Below, piece by piece: positions 60,782 through 64,000 of a DNA stretch of 64,000 nucleotides (the first letter of the stretch is position 1; every line of letters starts with the position of its first letter). The stretch comes from Eledone cirrhosa. Its lineage: Eukaryota. The position numbers and the translations under genes were made by a program. Location of the stretch: NCBI GenBank assembly GCA_964016885.1, contig OZ024748.1, positions 31,186,001-31,250,000 on the forward strand, read 5' to 3'. The notes below the pieces were generated by a model. That model saw only the letters and a list, made by a program, of their open reading frames with translations, did not search any database and had not been told where the DNA came from.

Positions 60782-61879
60782 AATTCCATATATGGTCAAA
60801 GTGATGGTCAAAAATCAGTAGTAATTCTGTGGTTGCAAATTAGTAGGGGAGATGGTGGCTAAACCTGCCAGTAGGAGAAAGATGGGAGGGGGTGGAGTAG
60901 ACCCAATCAAGCGTTGGTAGTGCCAGCTACAGCTGGGCATGAGGTCAAAGAAGATACAGGGGAGGGGGAGGGGGAGGAAGTCGGAACGGTAGGTAGAACA
61001 ATGGGGGGTAGAAATAGGAAAGAAAAAATACTGAGAGTGAAGGAAAGCAAATAAGTGTAAAGAAAAAATTAAATTCTACGACCTAGGTGTCAGGCTATTG
61101 TTAGGCGAGAATAAAATAAAGAAAGAAAGAAAGAAGTAAATAAATAAATAAATAAATAAATAAGGAAATAAGTATAGAACTAGGTGGGACGAATTAGGCA
61201 AGGACCCTTTTAAGAGGTATAAGTACGTAAATGATACGGTGACTGGTCAACAAAAGGGGCCAAAATACTAAAGAGACTACCACGAAATAAACAATAAAGG
61301 TTTCCATCCCGGGCCAGCAACGACCCAGTGCAGCAAAGTGAACTTGTACGACATAATAATTCTGAGTCCCGAGAAAAATATATACTAATGCTAACTCTAA
61401 AAGATCTAAAACAAGCTACATGAAAGTTCGTACGAAATAAAGGTAGAATACGGAGAAATAAGTTCAGAATCCACCCCGCCCAGAAGAAAAGCGAAGCAAG
61501 AAATACTGAAACGAAAAAAATAAGGCATAAGTGCCACTAAGAAATATAGAGGGCACAGAGAATAGTGGGAGCGGTCGGAAAAGGGGGGCAAGTATCCGGG
61601 GTCTAAGCCAACTGCTATAAAGGGCGGAGTCCGCCAAATCTATCAAAGACTAGGGGAGGGGGGAGTGGGGGTACTAAGGCTACATGGGGCCAAAGGGCAG
61701 CCTCGGGTGGGCGAGAAAAGACGCCGACAAAGGAGAAGAGCTGGGGTAGAAGGACAAAGGAGAGAGGGGGGAAGGAAATAAAGGATGCGATAAATGAATA
61801 CAAAGAAGATCTTACGTCTTCCTTGGCAAGCAGGGGTTACCCATTGCAAAATCGGCAACTGGGGTGTTATAGCCCTAGT

Positions 61880-64000
61880 CTACCCCCCCGGGTCATTATG
61901 GGGTTTGAGGGCGAGGTAAGTCCTACGCAATCTATGTTTACATGCAGTAACCAGTTCATCTTTCTTGTTTAGGAGTTGGTCCGTCGAAAACAGCATTTGT
62001 AAAGTTTCCTCCGAGCATAAATTGCACGGACGGCGTCCTCCCGTGTAAGAATTGGCTCTGGACAGTAATCTCCAAGTGAGATCATAGGTGATGTTGTTGT
62101 CCTTGAGGTCCCATATGTGGCCCGAAAGTGTAGTGGCGTGACGCCGGGCCGGGTTTCGGAAGGTATGTCTATGTTGGTATAGCCGGGTCTTGAAGTCACA
62201 TGCGGTAAGTCCTATATAGGCTTTGTTGGAGGTATCCGTCCTCACGTTGCACTGGTAGATCACATTACGGTCTCTGCATCTATTGTCGAGTGGGCAAATA
62301 GATCTATCCGGGCAGTTACACCTCCTGGTCGGTTCTCCACTGCTATTTAGGTTATTTCTGCCATCGGGGTTGAGTTTTTTGTTGTTAGAGGAGACGATGT
62401 TTTGTGCGAAGTTTGGTGTAGTGCTGTAAGAGAGTTTGATGGTATTTTTGTTAATTATGTTGTGGTAGCGGTGTTGTAATGGGAAGTGTTTTTCAATGAG
62501 CCTAAAGAATAGTTTCCCGATGGGAGTAGTCACCTCTGCGTTGTGGGGAGGATTGAACCATGTTACATTGCGTGAGCGGCGGTGTCTCCTGCTGGTTCCG
62601 CTAATGGGATCTGGACAGTAGGATATTTCCTCCCGGAAACCACTCCGCTTGAGGGCCTGGTTGTAATAAGGCGCATGTTCATCGAATATCCGCTCATTAG
62701 CTGACAAACGGGATATGCGGAGGGAGATGTTTTTGACCAGGTTGTTTGTGATGTTCCTAGGATGGTTTGATCGGCGGTGGATGTAGTGCAGATTGTCATT
62801 AGGTTTCCTGTATGGGTAGTACAGGTCGTTTTCGAGGTCGAGGGTTACGTCCAGGAAGTTTGCTAGGGTCAGGGACGTTTGTAGGGTTATTTTAAATCCC
62901 CAGTCGCGGAAGAATCTGATTAATTGTTTCCGGACCCGATCTGTACTACTGGGGTTGTACCCTTTAAGGGTAAGGAGCCCATCATCACGGTACAATCCAC
63001 CACCGAATGCAGGAAACATATCAGTGAGTTTGGCTATTAGGAATAATCCTATAAGATCAGTGACCTCCGCCGAATCCGTAGCGCCCATGCTGACGTCGAA
63101 GGGTGAGTCGGGAGCTCTTTTTATCCATTTAGAGTCGTCAAAGAGTAAGACTGTCTTCCTGGCGTGGAGGATGATTTTTCTTTCCTGGTCGGTGATGGGC
63201 ACGAGTGTTTCGGTGAAGTCCAAGGCGGCAGTAAGTAGCGGTAAGGTGATTGAAGCATAGTAGCTCTCTATGTCGAACTGTATGAATTTAGTTTCTCGTT
63301 TATCCTCCATATTGCTGAACCAGGAGATTACTTCCTGGGTGTTGATCCATAGGCTAAGTCGGGTGTGTTGCTTGACTTTTGGTATCACGCGGTCTAGGAT
63401 TTTTTTGCTGATTCTCCCTATGTCGGACTTCGTTGGGTTAATAAGCCTGATGGAGGGTTTACGGTCAAAATCGGATTTATGGTCCTTCAGTGTGAAGTAT
63501 GGTGTCCGTGGGTCTAGAGGTTCCGTGCGGTCGGCGACCCCGAGGCTGGAGGTGATTTGTTGTCCATCTCGATTTATGTCCTCGATGCAAGAGTGGTTGG
63601 CCTTTTTATAGGTGGAGTTTAGGCTGCTCCTGATCAGTGTGTGGTATCTGTCAGGGTTGACAAAGTATAGGTTCCCAGTTTTATCCGAATGCACCATGAT
63701 GTCATTTGTGTTATCATACTCTGTTAAGTTGCTACGGAGTTTTTGTAGGAATCGGTTGTGTCTGGGTTTAAATTTAATGTTCTTGACCAGTTGGAAGAGG
63801 TCATTCTCGAAGGGTGCGAGCAAGGGGTTCAGGGGCGGAGATTTGTAGGTAATAAATCCGAATCTCTCCTTGGTGCCGAAGTCTTGGTTGTCGCAATATC
63901 TGTCATAGAAAAAAGTTCTCCATCTAAGTCTTTTCGCAAATAGATCAATTTTTTGCGTGAGCATCCGAAGGTAAAGTTTTTTCGGTGGGATTGGGATGTT
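61880..64000 (-). CDS. Uninterrupted Naiad-like PLE RT + GIY-YIG ORF (family 3), continues past the window end; pLTR at 60593-61879
   Basis: 694 aa with no stops: RLRWRTFF, SDKTGNLY, KDHK, QFDIESYY, GLYRDDG, NFLDV, CNCPDRSICPLDNRC, VIYQC..YIGLT..R..H, CNLC, CKH. Confidence 0.93.
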   Translation of the reverse strand, partial: NIPIPPKKLYLRMLTQKIDLFAKRLRWRTFFYDRYCDNQDFGTKERFGFITYKSPPLNPLLAPFENDLFQLVKNIKFKPRHNRFLQKLRSNLTEYDNTNDIMVHSDKTGNLYFVNPDRYHTLIRSSLNSTYKKANHSCIEDINRDGQQITSSLGVADRTEPLDPRTPYFTLKDHKSDFDRKPSIRLINPTKSDIGRISKKILDRVIPKVKQHTRLSLWINTQEVISWFSNMEDKRETKFIQFDIESYYASITLPLLTAALDFTETLVPITDQERKIILHARKTVLLFDDSKWIKRAPDSPFDVSMGATDSAEVTDLIGLFLIAKLTDMFPAFGGGLYRDDGLLTLKGYNPSSTDRVRKQLIRFFRDWGFKITLQTSLTLANFLDVTLDLENDLYYPYRKPNDNLHYIHRRSNHPRNITNNLVKNISLRISRLSANERIFDEHAPYYNQALKRSGFREEISYCPDPISGTSRRHRRSRNVTWFNPPHNAEVTTPIGKLFFRLIEKHFPLQHRYHNIINKNTIKLSYSTTPNFAQNIVSSNNKKLNPDGRNNLNSSGEPTRRCNCPDRSICPLDNRCRDRNVIYQCNVRTDTSNKAYIGLTACDFKTRLYQHRHTFRNPARRHATTLSGHIWDLKDNNITYDLTWRLLSRANSYTGGRRPCNLCSEETLQMLFSTDQLLNKKDELVTACKHRLRRTYLALKPHNDPGG

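Overview
This is eukaryotic, very AT-rich, (TA)n-saturated repeat DNA with no recognisable host gene. A mollusc/cephalopod origin is inferred from the SINE and the microsatellite load. The window is a dense nest of Penelope-like retroelements (PLEs; RT plus C-terminal GIY-YIG) from about 7 families: four Naiad-like, two Neptune-like and one with an unusual GAAIG RT motif. Most copies are truncated or frameshifted, carry direct or inverted pseudo-LTRs (pLTRs), and abut (TA)n tracts. Manual folding on both strands finds about 40 type I hammerhead ribozyme (HHR) motifs in about 13 sequence families. Some lie in PLE pLTRs. Others lie in ORF-less 500-700 bp units that occur as tandem arrays or as terminally redundant monomers, i.e. 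candidate non-autonomous retrozyme-like elements. The clearest case is a 10-unit array at 43.3-48.8 kb with one minimal HHR per unit. Notable variants include U3-A8 compensatory cores in three unrelated families, a family with a branched stem II insertion and a conserved putative pseudoknot, and back-to-back HHR palindromes. Also present are two tRNA-derived SINEs with TSDs, a non-autonomous Helitron carrying a MITE-like tandem array, and a ~600 bp satellite with no detectable ribozyme. All ribozyme calls are structural predictions made by eye, not demonstrated activity. Most ORFs in the supplied track are microsatellite artefacts.
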